63,910 nt of DNA, filler included, from Sphacelaria rigidula (GCA_964200075.2; 10 parts of 10 records of this genome joined end to end with filler, not necessarily neighbours in it); one strand, 5' to 3'. Positions 1-12,249 are shown, counted from the whole stretch's first letter. Numbers and translations: made by a program. Notes: generated by a model from the sequence alone, not told the origin.

Positions 1-94
1 CTGTGTGACCGCGGCTGATGCGCCCACATATGCCGAAAAGGGTAGACCGGCGCCCAGAATAAATGGGACGACAACACAACACAACAACACACAG
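1..94 (+). mobile_element. 3' fragment of tRNA-derived SINE family with (CA)-rich tail
   Basis: CTGTGTGACC-CGGCTGATGCGCCCAC...CAGAATAAATGGGACGACAACAC matches the 3' end of the longer copies at 37066 and 41105. Confidence 0.75.
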
Positions 95-378
95 TTACAA
101 CCGACAGCACTGCACTGCACACCTACGAACCTTGGTCGCAATGGAAAATAAGATTCTCGGTATTAATGGTACTGGTGTCAACGTTACCTGTGCGGAATGG
201 GTATCGTCGGGGACGTGGCACATTTCTCTCACACGCTGAGACTTGGCGGCAACGAAACAGGCATCGGTGCTGCTGGTGAGAGGAGTGCTGAGAAACAACG
301 AGTTGGGTTCGCAGATATTCCACTGATTCACTGGTTGTGCTTGTGCTTTCTGTGAGGTCACCCGGAAAGAGTCCACAG

Positions 379-912
379 TTCGGACAAATCATCGCCGGCT
401 CGAATCACCGAATCCGCAATACTTCAGGTCGGGTTGCTCAAAAGAGGAAAAAAAGTCAACCGCAGGTCGACAAGGTCTCCACGCAATTTTTGCGCCATTC
501 CACGTGCCTGGGCTGTGCGTACCTGGGTTGCAACGCTGGAAACAAAGCCTAAGGATTGATTCGTACGGTACGAATCAATTACACTAAATTCAAGTCATTT
601 CCAGACGAGTCATTAATTCGTCCGACCCTTGGAAGTCTAAGGGTCGGACGAATGAACGATTCGTGTGAAAATTATTGTACTTGTTTTTACTGTACTGTAG
701 TGTAATTTCTTCGTACCGTACGAATGAATCCTTTGCTTTGTTTTTAGCGTTGCACCCCAGGTACGCGCACTCCAGGCACGTGGAAAAGGGTAAAGCTTGC
801 GTTGAGAATTATGTGAACCGCGGTCGACCTGTTTGTCCCTTTCGAGAAATCAGGTCTCACAGATATCGTACAGGGTCGTGGGGTGAGGAGAACCAGCAAC
901 GAATCGTTCGAC
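379..912. repeat. Long imperfect palindrome (foldback) centred at ~634
   Basis: Inner stem ATTCGTCCGACCCTT-(8 nt)-AAGGGTCGGACGAAT. 551-574 AAGGATTGATTCGTACGGTACGAA pairs with 710-733. 498-548 pairs with 735-785. Weaker complementarity extends to ~379/912. Confidence 0.85.
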
Positions 913-1042
913 CCCTGAAAGTGTCAGGGCCACGTACTTCGTCGCTCCAAGTTTCAAAAACGTTCATGTACGAGGACTCGTGTAACATGCTATATTCTCC
1001 GCAGTAACACAAGCACAACGTCGTTCGAGAACCAAAACATAC

Positions 1043-1551
1043 CGGAGATTGCCATCGTTGTCGTCATTATAAACCACAAACGGCGCGCGCCCATTAACCA
1101 CTGCCAGCTGCTGGAACAGGTTGTAGGTGTACGAGTCATAGTTGTCGATCAGCAACGTATACACTTGATGCTGCTGCTGCTGCGGCTGCTGACACCAGCT
1201 GGTGCTAGGATTGCCGTCGACGACATCCTCGCCACGAACACATCGCAAGCGTCCACTACGCGATGTCAGAGCTTTCGTCGGCGGGAATCCGATTGCAGTG
1301 CCCGAGTAGCATCGTCTGCAAATCGGCCGCGCCGCATGGCCGTTAATTCGACTGTTGGCAACTAGAGCTAAGGCACCCACTCGTGCGGGGATATCAACAG
1401 GTCGAGTTGCTGCCAGTGCAAGTGCACTGATCACGACGACGAAGTGAGCCAATGGATCACCCTGCCGTAGACGTAGCAGCGGCAATCCTTTCTTATCGCG
1501 ACGATATTTCCTTGCGATTTGAATTGCCTTACCCCCCGCGTGCCTTACCAT
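1043..1551 (-). CDS. Aminodeoxychorismate synthase (PabAB/ADCS), first coding exon: N-terminal extension plus start of the glutamine amidotransferase domain
   Basis: Translation TLLIDNYDSYTYNLFQQLAVVNGRAPFVVYNDD is the signature N-terminus of the PabA/TrpG-type GATase in eukaryotic ADCS. It ends at a GTATGT donor (exon end 1043). The start codon is uncertain (ATG at 1551 or further upstream). Confidence 0.8.
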
Positions 1552-1941
1552 AGCACGCACTATTATACACACCGAAAAGTCAGCAGGATATACATGATGA
1601 TACACCATACACCCCCTTCCAACGAACGTTACCGGATGCACCTTGAATTTTGTGTTTTTCTACTCAATATTATCATCATTTTGTCAAGTCCCGTAGGTTG
1701 AAGACGAAAACAAACGAGGAGGGAAACGTATACTTTACACGTACACACACTGCTTACTGACATTACTGCTCCAAAATGCGTAATGCGGTATATTGGTACA
1801 TTTTTTTGCAATTATTACGGTAAATTAGGGCAAAATCACACATCGACTGCTTCAGCAACGACTGAAAAGGTACAATTTAATATATGTCGTATTCCATTTC
1901 CACCGTGACTCGTACATCCTGCGTATCGTTCCAGCGACACG

Positions 1942-2274
1942 ATGGCGCACACGCGAGCTGGAGCTGTGCTGTCCCTAATAGCGTATAACACTTTCGGTGT
2001 TACCAGATGCGCTGCGTGGGGGCTTCCAGTCGCGATTCAACCACGAGTATCATGGGTACGCAAGTCCACCACGCCAATATCCATGTCTGACCATGACAAT
2101 GACACAGGATCCCACCCGAAGGTGACTAGAGCAGAGCTGTTGCAAGCAGTGCCCACTGTTGCTTCTACTGCTGCTGCTGCTGTTGCTGCTGTCGCTGCTA
2201 TACTGGGTGCCGAAGAGCCTGCGCGGGCTGCTTTGCCGACCCCGGATGACTATGCGTTTGGCACCGGATCTAAG
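1942..2274 (+). CDS. First exon of a probable plastid thylakoid-lumen protein (signal peptide + transit peptide + lumen transfer signal)
   Basis: MAHTRAGAVLSLIAYNTFGVTRCAA/W.. signal-like N-terminus, then a Ser/Arg-rich stretch, then TRAELL, hydrophobic AAAAVAAVAAILG and a PARA AxA site. 111 codons end at an AAG/GTGAAC donor. Confidence 0.6.
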
Positions 2275-4476
2275 GTGAACTTATACTTGGTTCATGACAC
2301 ATGTTCAACTTGTGTCAAGATGAAGAACACGGGATGCAGATCCGGCCCGCTGAGAACGGGGCCTACCGTAATTGTGCGATGACTCGCACAATTACGGGTA
2401 TTTCGTTCGAGGCTGAGCTACCATCTCAGAGAATGTTGAACTGCTGTTAGTACATTATTTCTTCATGAGTTATATGCGAGGGGATCAACGGTTTCAGGAT
2501 TCTAGAGATTTAAAGTGGTGGTCGCGGTTTTGCCCTGTCGTCCACCGTAATCGCGGCCACCACTCATGACTACAGTACCAGTGAGTTTTTTACGGCGGCC
2601 CGGGTGTGCAAGGGACTCTCTCCAGCGATACATGTACACGGACACGGGTACACAGCGAAACCGTTGTTGCATCTGGGTGAAAACGTATGAGGACGCAGGT
2701 TGGGCTGGGACCAGCCGCCGTGCTATAAGCCTAGACTACTATCGAAGAGGTACGGAGCACATGCTTGGCTCAGTCGGTATCCTCAGTGGCAAATAAATCC
2801 GAGATGCATTTTCACCCACTATTCTTCTGTAACTTCACTTTCGTACCATCTAGGCGTGAAGCTGTAGAGTGCATCAGCAAGCTGGAGTGGAGATTCGACC
2901 CGTATCTGCTGCTGAAACACCCGGAATGAAGCAGTCTCCACGCGGTAACCTCCCAACGTACCAACTGATACCGTGTTGCGACTTGGGCTGCCAGCTTGTC
3001 CGTTCCCAGCCGTACGTGTCTTATTCTGAGCTCACCTACAGAGTAGCAACGCCGTTCAGACGTTTCGACCTCACAAGAGTTCAATGGCTGCCCCGTGGGC
3101 TCGATCTTTTTCTCGACCGACCTGTCGTTTGTTTCCATCCGTGCCATGCGGCCTGCTGGTGTTGTCTATATGCGGCAGGTGAAGAAGAACGCCATCCAAG
3201 ATGACGAAGCGGTGAGAGAACGCTTGATGCACACAAGCTGCTGTATAGTATGAGGTAGTATGACATCATCGCCGTTTCCAACATTTGTCCACACCCTGGT
3301 ATTGATGCAACGTCTCGCGGTCATGCAAGGACTCACTTCTCTGCCTGTTCACCTGCAGATGGGGTAAGCTACCATTGCAAGTGAGCTGATGAAGATATTC
3401 CTGTCCCTTACGTTAACGTTTGATTTAGTCGCCATGACGCCAGGTTGCCGTTACTGAGATAAGTATATTGTTACTTATAACGCTTTCGTATGGAGTAACA
3501 AGAAGCACGGTCGGTGTCATGCTTATAGTTTCATGGCCCGACATGTGTTTGCGCATTTTGCCCTCATAATGTTATTTCCGCAGGCCCGTCCAGCCCGATT
3601 ACCACGTGGACAACCAGCAAGTTCCGCACCACCCTGCCCGACATGTTCTTTACAAACGGTGAAATATTTTCATGATGAGGACAGATACATGATACGGTAC
3701 ACATTTGATCACAAAGGCAGCTACAGTACGAATATAATAATGGTGGTGCTTTGAATTGCCGTGAAGTGGAGGAGTGGTAGCCATGCAGCCTTGCGTTGTA
3801 TCAAGCGTTGGAGCCTTATTGGAAGGCACGCCACAAGTACTGGCAGAATCATTCACAGGCACAAGTATACCCATGATGAACAAGTCCGGTGTATCCCAGA
3901 ATACTAATACAGACTTCTCAGCTTCTCACCAAGCCCTCGATTTGAACTGTCTTATAAACGTCATGATCAAACTTTTTCATACCGCTATAGCAGTCCGCAG
4001 TATTTGCAGTCGCTTGAACATCAGCAGTCGCCGTCGTGCTCTATTGTTCACGCGGCATCGCGCACGCTAGGTATAATACCCCTCCTTCACAAAGCGTGGA
4101 AAAGTATCCTTCCGGACTCATATCCACATACCCATCTCTTTACCTTCGCGCATGTTTGACTTTTTGTTTTCTTGCTATTGGTCCGGGTCATCGCCATCAT
4201 CGCCATCGGCCGCCCCGCGGTCTGATACAAATTCATGTGCGTCTCGGGGCTCGGGGCGAGTAGCGGCCGTTACCGGATGTGAATCCCAAGAACGTAGTCC
4301 AAGTCTTGGGAGGGGTGTCCGGCGAGCTTAACTATGTGGAAACATTGGTTAGAAAACAGGTCAGCCGCTACGCGTATATGGCATGTGCATGAACTTGGAA
4401 GAACAATACCCTCGCATAGAAGCACTGGTCAAAGGCGAGGGTCACGGGTAACGTCGTGTCTTGTTTATTTCTCCAG

Positions 4477-5320
4477 AGGATATTGTTGCGGACAGGATCG
4501 CTATGATCAAGAGAGCAGAGTGGCATATCTTGTGTGATGTCGGAGATGTTACTATTCTGACATGTGAGGCGCAAATGAAACTAGGTACGTTTTGCAGGCA
4601 CAGCTACGTACCAAGCCGTGCGTGGAATGCTTGCGTCTTCAGGAAAGGCGTTTTTTTTACAAGCGTGTCTGCAAACTGCAAGCATGCCAAATTGACGACA
4701 GTGTTTGGACATGGTACGCTTTGGGCCACAATAGACGCGACGTACTCACTGCCATCGAAAGAGAAGAGGATTTCCAACCTCAGGTGTTCGCGCACAAGTT
4801 CTCCTTGATTTTCTTCTGGGATTGTTTCCGTTTTTGTTTACCTTGGGTACGTCTATCGTGTGGATAATGATCAGTGATTGTGCGACAATCAATCAAACGA
4901 ATCGACGAAAGGCCACGACGCTCTTGTACGATGGCTCTATCTGGTTCATGCTGGTAACATTTTTTTACATGACATGTTACATGTGGATGGTTCCTCCTGT
5001 AGCGGCGTACCATCCTGTCCTCAACAGTAGCCGTGGTCTTCGTGCACCCATGCCCACAACATGATACCCTATCCTTCCAGAGGTGGGGAGATGCATTAGC
5101 GCGACTCAAGACTTTCCCCTTGTCCGCACTGAAGAGTCGGACGTTGGGCCTCGAGTCTGTCGGAGAGGTGGCGCGATCGCTTGGGGTGCCGACGCCAAAG
5201 GTGACAAAACAAGCTTTGTGAGAGGGTAACGGTCATTGATCTGGAAATAGTTGCAAAATGAGTGGACGTGGGTACGATGGTATACATTAATGTATCCGGT
5301 GGTGGAGGGTGCATTGGTGG

Positions 5321-5354
<34 letters not shown>

Positions 5355-5856
5355 GCTGTTGTTGTTGCTGTTTCGTCCATTTCCGGTGTGGTCGCGTCGT
5401 ACTCATCTTTAGTTTCGCCGGCGCGTTCTGTGACGTTATGATTTGCCTCCTTTGTGACGTACTGTAGCGAGAATGAAAGCATTACCCCATCCATCCTCTC
5501 TTGTCCATTGTTTCGTGGCTTTGTCGACGAAGGCGTCTGAAATACTGGAGGCGAGCATGGAGGCTGGTCTTACCCTGAAAGAGGCGGAAGATATAATTTT
5601 CAGCAATACTCGCACGCTGCAGTTTTTCAACAGCGTCGACCTCAAGCAGGTGTGCATTCCAATACCGTTATTTTAGTAAGTACGGATTCTTGCGCTGATG
5701 TGCTTGCACCCGAAATATACTACAGCTTTATATCTGTCGGTGTGCAGCTCTGGAGTTACTGCAGTCCCCGCAGCCGAGTTCATTCATAAACTGCCTCCAG
5801 ATAAAGTCTATGGGCTTCTTCGGTATACATTATGGCATCGGTACCACATGTGCAAG
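4477..5856 (+). CDS. Candidate exons of an uncharacterised multi-exon gene (4477-4584, 5081-5167, 5533-5649, ~5726/5748-5856)
   Basis: AG/GT-bounded open segments: EDIVADRIAMIKRAEWHILCDVGDVTILTCEAQMKL; RWGDALARLKTFPLSALKSRTLGLESVGE; ASEILEASMEAGLTLKEAEDIIFSNTRTLQFFNSVDLKQ. The second and third are both phase 0. No family recognised. Confidence 0.4.
5317..5371 (+). repeat. (GTT)n microsatellite
   Basis: Direct trinucleotide run. Confidence 0.9.
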
Positions 5857-6239
5857 GTAAGACGCCATTTATTGCCGCTCTCTATGCCCACGAATTTGCA
5901 TCTCCGGGATTTTCTGTCTCCCTTGATGGCAGACACCTGAGATCAAGCATCGACGTTGTTCGTGTCAATGCTAATGCAAAATGGTATTGGAGGAAGGGAT
6001 AATTTCATCACCCAGTTGTCGTCGGGCACGGGAGTACGGCACATGCACGGACCCGCTACACGGCATAAAATTGCGATTTGAGCCGACTCATAAACTGCTT
6101 GAGGCGATAGGACAGAGGTGTTTCTCTTGCTCGTCGATCGCTTTTACCTTCAGTCACCACTTGAAAAACACTCGCGACTCACGTATTAAGTGGAAAAATC
6201 CTTCGTACCCCCCCCCCTTCTTTGGTTGAGCCTTTGGTC

Positions 6240-6302
6240 GAGCTGGTCCGGCGAAAACCCGGCGTGCTCCGTCCCGGCTTTGTAGGGATGCGAGGTCAAT
6301 GG
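6240..6302 (+). mobile_element. Subterminal fragment of the GAG-TIR (Sola-like) DNA transposon family
   Basis: GCGAAAACCCGGCGTGCTCCGTCCCGGCTTTGTAGGGATGCGAGGTCAATGG also occurs at ~19535 (+) and ~12670-12704 (-). In the latter copy it leads to a GAGTGATGCCACGATAGGG terminus. Confidence 0.6.
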
Positions 6303-6402
6303 NNNNNNNNNNNNNNNNNNNNNNNNNNNNNNNNNNNNNNNNNNNNTTAATTAATTAANNNNNNNNNNNNNNNNNNNNNNNNNNNNNNNNNNNNNNNNNN
6401 NN
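6303..6402. other. Artificial contig linker
   Basis: N44-TTAATTAATTAA-N44. Confidence 0.98.
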
Positions 6403-7899
6403 AACCCCACAACTCAACCATCAGGAGGTTACGAGGTTACCAACTGAGCCACCGGGGCGACCATCTCCCATCTGATTAAAAAAAGGTCGCCGCATTGTGG
6501 TATATTGGGAGGCTCTGATCGGTCGAAAAGTCATGCCAGTCAAAATTCTTGCCCCTACCTGTGGGCCCTGTACCTTTTTACACGATGATGATGATATTTT
6601 ACTCTTCACAAACAGCACCACAGTACTACCTTCAAGAGCAGCCTGTATGTAGGGTGGTTCGGTCTCGAAGAGGACTCAACAGGGCTGCAGCGTTATTGCT
6701 GGATCGTACAGTGCGGAGTCACGACATCGCTCTCGAGTCAACCCAAAACGAAGTACAGTACAGCTGTGCGTGAACAGAAGGACTGAATGAATAGGTGTGG
6801 CGAATTGATGGGTTCTGGGCAGCGAAGCAAAGCGACACCTTCTGTTCTGTTATGTCGTTCATTTATTTTGCAGCTTGGGGTTCAGGAACGTCACTACTCG
6901 TACAAGCGAAAAGTGCGGGGAAGCCTACCAATCAACGGCGACCAACACCTCCCATTTCAAAGTTGTTCACATGTTGACCACGAGACACCTTGCCCCCTAC
7001 TCCATGCCCGATAGCCGAGGCCATAGCTCTCCGTAAACCAGTACTCGTACGTGATGTGGTTGGTGTTCCGTGTCAATTTGCCACACCTCTTGTTTGGACA
7101 CTCCCAGCAGGTCCATACTGGCCGTGTTTGAAAAACGATCTCAGCACACCTTCACGGAGATTGCTGGTGCCCGCCCAATACCACACCGACTCCATGAAAC
7201 AAATACCTCGTACGGAGTTGGGGCTATGGCTAGACGTCTGAGTTGACAGCCGAACGTTGTGTATCATCCACAAGCCACAGCCATACTTTCAACAGAGTCA
7301 TGCATTTAGCGTGAGTATCTGCAGCTGCTCACGCATCCGTTGAAGTCGAACACGCGTATCCAGCGGTCGCACCTCGCCTGCATGGAACCAAGGCAGGCAT
7401 GCCTTTTCTTTTCTGATTGGTGCCGTACATTTTCGGGTTGCATTCTCCCTTCGAATTCTCTGCTTCGTTTGGACCCTTCCGGTAGGACGTGAAAAATGCT
7501 TGGACGAGAAGTCAAGAGGAAGCTATGGAACAGGAATCTGTCAATTAACGTGGACATATCAGGGTGAGTTTTTGGTGTTTCTTGCTTCGTGTTTTTGCTT
7601 TCAAAAGAACAGCATGACGTGACACGCCCCGAGCATTTTTACTATGCCCTATTCATTCCTCGTACCAAGTTTGGAAGTCCAACTCTCTCAAATTGAGCCC
7701 AGATGGCGCATTTTAGAAACCGGGACGCGGGGAATTCGGAACAGTATATTCGAGGCCATTCACCGGCCAAGGTTTGGTGCTTGTGGTTTGAAATCTTGCG
7801 TGGGACCTCGCTAGGCCATAATGAGCCAAAAAAGTAGGACGTGTTGAATCTTAATATTTTCTTCACATGTTCAGGACCTTTTTGTACAGTAACGACCGT

Positions 7900-8605
7900 A
7901 CTTTCACGAGAACGCCCATACCTCTTCCACTAAAATATCCAATTGAAGGCCCGTTTTTTATTTTCTCTCCGGCATGCCTTTGCGATTCTCCGTGATGAGT
8001 TTCAAGACAAAAAATGTGATATGAAAAAGTGAGATGAGGCCCGAGAGCATTGTCCATCTTCCCTCAGAAATCCCCTATACAATCGAAAAAAACACGAAGA
8101 AGAAAAAAGAAAAGCTTTTTTGTTTTGTTTTCGCCCATCATGCACTAGCGATTCTCCATACGAGATTTCAAAGCACAACCCTCCAAAACTGAGACGCGAT
8201 ATCCAGATTAAGTGCATGTAGTGCCTGTGCTCGTAATATATTGATTTTAGTATCGAAACTTAAGTGCGCCATATCTCGAGATATATGACGAAATAGGCGA
8301 AGGTGAGGGTATCGATCGTGTCCCTGTGCACCAAGGAATGTCCACACCAAAAATCGCCGATCATCCGCTGTATATGTCGTTCGGGGTTTCATATAGACTT
8401 GAGTATGGACTCTATCTCCGTACGGTATAGGAATGACTAGACATGGGGTGTAATCAGGGGGATGAAGTGGCCCAGACTTTTGAGTGGGTGGGCACCTTCC
8501 TCTTGACCAGACGATAAATACGATATGCGGATCACGGCCCAACTCGCCTGTGTCGATGAGATATTGCTTTGAGGGCACGAATCCGCGTCCTTACCGGCCC
8601 AGCTC
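7900..8605. repeat. Dispersed repeat shared with 32075-32430
   Basis: TTCACGAGAACGCCC.ACCTCT and ACTAG.CATGGGG...GGGCACCTT...TACGATATGCGGATCACGGCCCAA...GATGAGATATTGCT...GGCCCAGC are colinear in two different contigs. Confidence 0.75.
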
Positions 8606-8887
8606 AGCTCGTAGCATCCCCGTCTAATTCAATTTGTCTTACGCCGGTGAAATTACTGTGCCAAAATAGCTTCTGGGTTGAGTCCCCCACCGTTTTCCCG
8701 CTCCACAACGTTTGTTTGACGTTTTCCGGGTGTCGCATTACTTTTATGATCTTGTATCGCTGACCAGTAGGTACATTATGAAAACATGTTACAAAACAGA
8801 TGACCCGAGGAGTAGGTGAGAAACAAGATACGTAATGCAAAACCATGTTTCTTTCTCTTTTAGCTTGAAGGAAGGACGAGGCCTCAC

Positions 8888-9796
8888 TAGGCCTGAGTCC
8901 CGGCAAAAAAATTAGCATGGTTCGTCTTTTTTGCCCGAATTAGCATACGAGCATAATGCCGGCATAATCAGGGCTGAGCTAGCGTAATCCCTCGTTCAGC
9001 GGCATAATCCGGTAGCATCAAATCCGTCACCGGCTATTTTGATTGTAGAGCATGACCTCTACAACCAAACACAAAAGATACAGCGTACAGTACAGTGTAC
9101 TAAGTGTACAGCATACAGCCACGAGCTACGAGAGAGGGGACATAGAGACAGAGGATACAGAGGTACTAGGTATGGCACAGGCGCTAGCCAGCAATGATGC
9201 GCCTGGTTGTGAGCGGCTGATTGGCTTGCAAACTGCCTCGACCCGTGCTGCTGCCATACCCTGTGGATAATGACCATTTGAAGAAATCTCGGACACATAT
9301 CGCCTGTAGAGATACTCAGTTCGGGAGATACGACCGTACGTGCGCTGTCGGCGCTGCATCGCGCTGAAACTTCGCCCATATGTCATGAAGTGGTACACAA
9401 AGCAAGCCCACATCGCTGAGTCTGGGCTTGCGGCTTGCAGCAGCACGCAACTGGCCGAAAAGAGGTCAGTTTCTGTTCCGATAGTATGTTTTTATTTTTA
9501 TTTTGGCGGAAGACTGTGATACAATGACAACCAAATGCACTACGAACGCACGGCACACGGCGTGTGCTGCCTCGCGGATACACGACAGTGATGTCTGCGA
9601 AGCATATTTGACGCATATTTCTGCTTAGTGGTCAACACAAAAGGAGCATAACATCGTTTCATGTGAGGTGGCATAAAAGCATAATGGAGCATAATTGCAG
9701 CATAATTCACCTTCTTGGGAGCATGATCTGAGAAAAAACGGGCATGAAACAGGTGGCATAATCGGCGAAACGGGGGGCATGAAGGACTCGGGCCTA
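8888..9796. mobile_element. Non-autonomous hAT-like DNA transposon (909 bp)
   Basis: TIRs TAGGCCTGAGTCC / GGACTCGGGCCTA. Perfect 8-bp TSD GGCCTCAC (8880-8887, 9797-9804). GCATAAT subterminal motifs cluster at both ends. Confidence 0.9.
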
Positions 9797-10497
9797 GGCC
9801 TCACCCAACACGTACCCCGCGAACCGGTTAGACAAGACGTGCAGTTTGCCTGGAAACTCTTGTCACTGTGGTCGTAGACGGTAGACGAATGGTATCATAA
9901 TTGATTGATTTCTCGTATATGCCAAGCGCGCAGTGCACAGCGTGCCTTAACGACGAGCAAGCCTTGCGAAACGGCGCAACAAGCGTCACACGTCGTACAG
10001 CCTCCTTCATTCGCCTCCCTCATCTCGCCCCTCTGTGTCGTACGCATCGAAACACGCTCGCTGCTCGATTTGCTACGGTTTATCTTCAGGTGCCGGGAAC
10101 ACGCCATGCACACATTTTCGCGCGCTACGTCGAGCTCCTACGATATGGATTCAAGATCCATTAGACCCCGTCGGCGTCCTTTCAAGTGTTCTTACTCCTT
10201 GCGGCGTCGTGTGCGTTGTGTGTTGTCGGAAGGTGAAATCTTCGGGAGCGGGTATTCCAACCTTTGTGGCCGAAAACAACGTGTATGCGTGTGTATGAAG
10301 GAGTAGAAATAGCGTGTAGTGTGGAGCATGCTTTCCAACCTGCGTCCAGCGATGAAGCATATAAGCGATGGTTGTTTCTGCTCTTCGCCCGACCGTACGC
10401 CTTCCGATGCGTACCGTTCCTTGTATAGTGACAGCGCGTTTTGAGAGTGGCTATTACAGTGTGTCGCAGAGGCTTTTGTTGCGTCCCGACGTGAAAA

Positions 10498-11068
10498 AAC
10501 AAGCGCCCAGATATGAATGTGCGAGTTGATCTTGGGAGTGCCGTGTCTGAGCGTCTTTGTGCGTTTTGAGAGCCTCGAGGATTCGAGGGAATTGATAGAT
10601 GTTCGATCGAAGCGCTGTGGGTACATCGAGTCGATTCGATGTGTCCAGGTTTTCCTCGCCGTACGCTGTGTGTGGAGACACACACGACGCACCGCGTTCG
10701 AGCTGCGACGTGTGACGCGTGCTGTGTGCATCTGTTCGATTCGATGCCGTCAGCCTCGGGGCGCTGTTCCGCGCGCTCCGAGGGCGGCACACAACTTTCC
10801 ACGGGCGCGGTCCGAGGCGAGGAAAAGACAAGCGCCCAGGTATGCATGTGTGAGTTGATCTTGGGAGTGCCGTGTCTGAGCGTGTTTGTGCGCTTCGAGA
10901 GCTTCGAGAATTCGAGAGAATTGGTAGACGTTCGATCGAAGCGCTGTGGGTACATCGATTTGATGCCGTCAGTCTCGGGGGGCCGTTCCGCGCGCTCCGA
11001 GGGCGGCACACAACATTCCACGAGCGCGGTCCGAGGCGAGGGAAAGACAAGCCCTCAGACATGCGTGT
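10498..11068. repeat. Internal tandem duplication (units of ~330 and ~220 bp)
   Basis: ACAAGCGCCCAG...GAGTTGATCTTGGGAGTGCCGTGTCTGAGCG...AAGCGCTGTGGGTACATCGA at 10499 and 10828. GATGCCGTCAG...CCGCGCGCTCCGAGGGCGGCACACAAC at ~10743 and ~10962. Confidence 0.85.
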
Positions 11069-12249
11069 AGGAGGTGATGATTGCCCTTGACCAGTAATGG
11101 TGTGACTGCGCTGTTCACTAGACAAGAGTGGGGGTATTCGGGAAGTAATTGACGTGGATAGGCGGTGCTTCTTTCGTCGGAGGTTGATTGGCAACGCGTG
11201 CGTCCATGTGTGTGTGTGCGTGATGCAAGGTCTAGGCCGTACTGGGCGAGACAAAAGAGAGTGTTCTACCACAGAAATCTGCAAGACAGGGGTATGCTGC
11301 AGTCTCCTATTTTCGTGCATACTTGACCTCACTACTCATCTATTTCTGGAGATCATCCTTCACCTAGGCTCTTCCGTCCGTCGTTGGCCTGTCTGTCTGC
11401 CAATCCTGCGGACTGCGCTTCTCTGCAATCTGTTCTATCGCTCTCATTCTATACCCCTTTTCTTTTCATTTTTTTCTCGTGTCTGTGCGTTTGGTGCTGC
11501 TGTCACCCAAGCTTGCCTCATCATCCGTTGATGGCGACGTTCAACCAGACTCAGCGAGAGACAGCATCCCTGGGAAAACGACCAACAACTTATTCTGCGC
11601 TGCTATCTCCTCTCGACGCACTGTGGCGGTTGTTTGTTTTTTTGTGCGGTCTTGGAGGGACGCTGAGTCCGAAAAGCTCGGACGCTCCATTATTCACGTC
11701 TGCATTTTGCGACTCGCCCGCGCGACGTATCGCATGGTTGGACGGCGCCTCCCCGCTTTACTTCTCTTTTCCCTCCAACCAGCTGTCGCTCTGTCCACGC
11801 GATCGATGGGCGTTTCTTTAGATGTAGGTCTTGAGTGCAACCCAGAGCCGGAAGAAGACTTACTTCCGTACTCTTCCGCCCCACCTTCAAGACTGCTTTC
11901 AGAGGGCGACGTAACACCCGGAGACGGAGAAGAGGACGTCGCAGTATCGGAATAACGTCGCTGTCCGCGCTTGAACCTGACGATCCGCTAGCTGCTGTTG
12001 GATGGCAACGCAGAGGAGGAGTCCGATGGTGCTGACAAGCCGCTAATTGATGCGCTGTTAGACGAGGACGCCGACGAACCGGGCTTGACGATGCGCTCTT
12101 GCTCGCTGTCTCGTTCGACCGTTCTTCCACGGTGATATCGGAATTCATGGACTCTTCGATGTCTGAGTCACCCTGCGTGTTGGCGAGATGGGTTGGGCTG
12201 ATACCTTCTATCTTTAATGCTCACCGCTTACTGCCATCGTGATCATGGT

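Noticed and set aside
3359..3363. Possible 5-nt micro-exon (CTGCAG/ATGGG/GTAAGC)
   Set aside because: The splice-like flanks are good, but it cannot be placed in a phase-consistent gene model without transcripts.
6347..6358. TTAATTAATTAA motif recurring every ~6.4 kb
   Set aside because: Always embedded in N runs. It is a synthetic six-frame-stop linker, not a biological periodic signal.
10182..11332. Long overlapping ORFs (279 and 292 aa) on the minus strand
   Set aside because: They arise from a GC-rich tandemly duplicated repeat that is open in several frames, with no recognisable domain.
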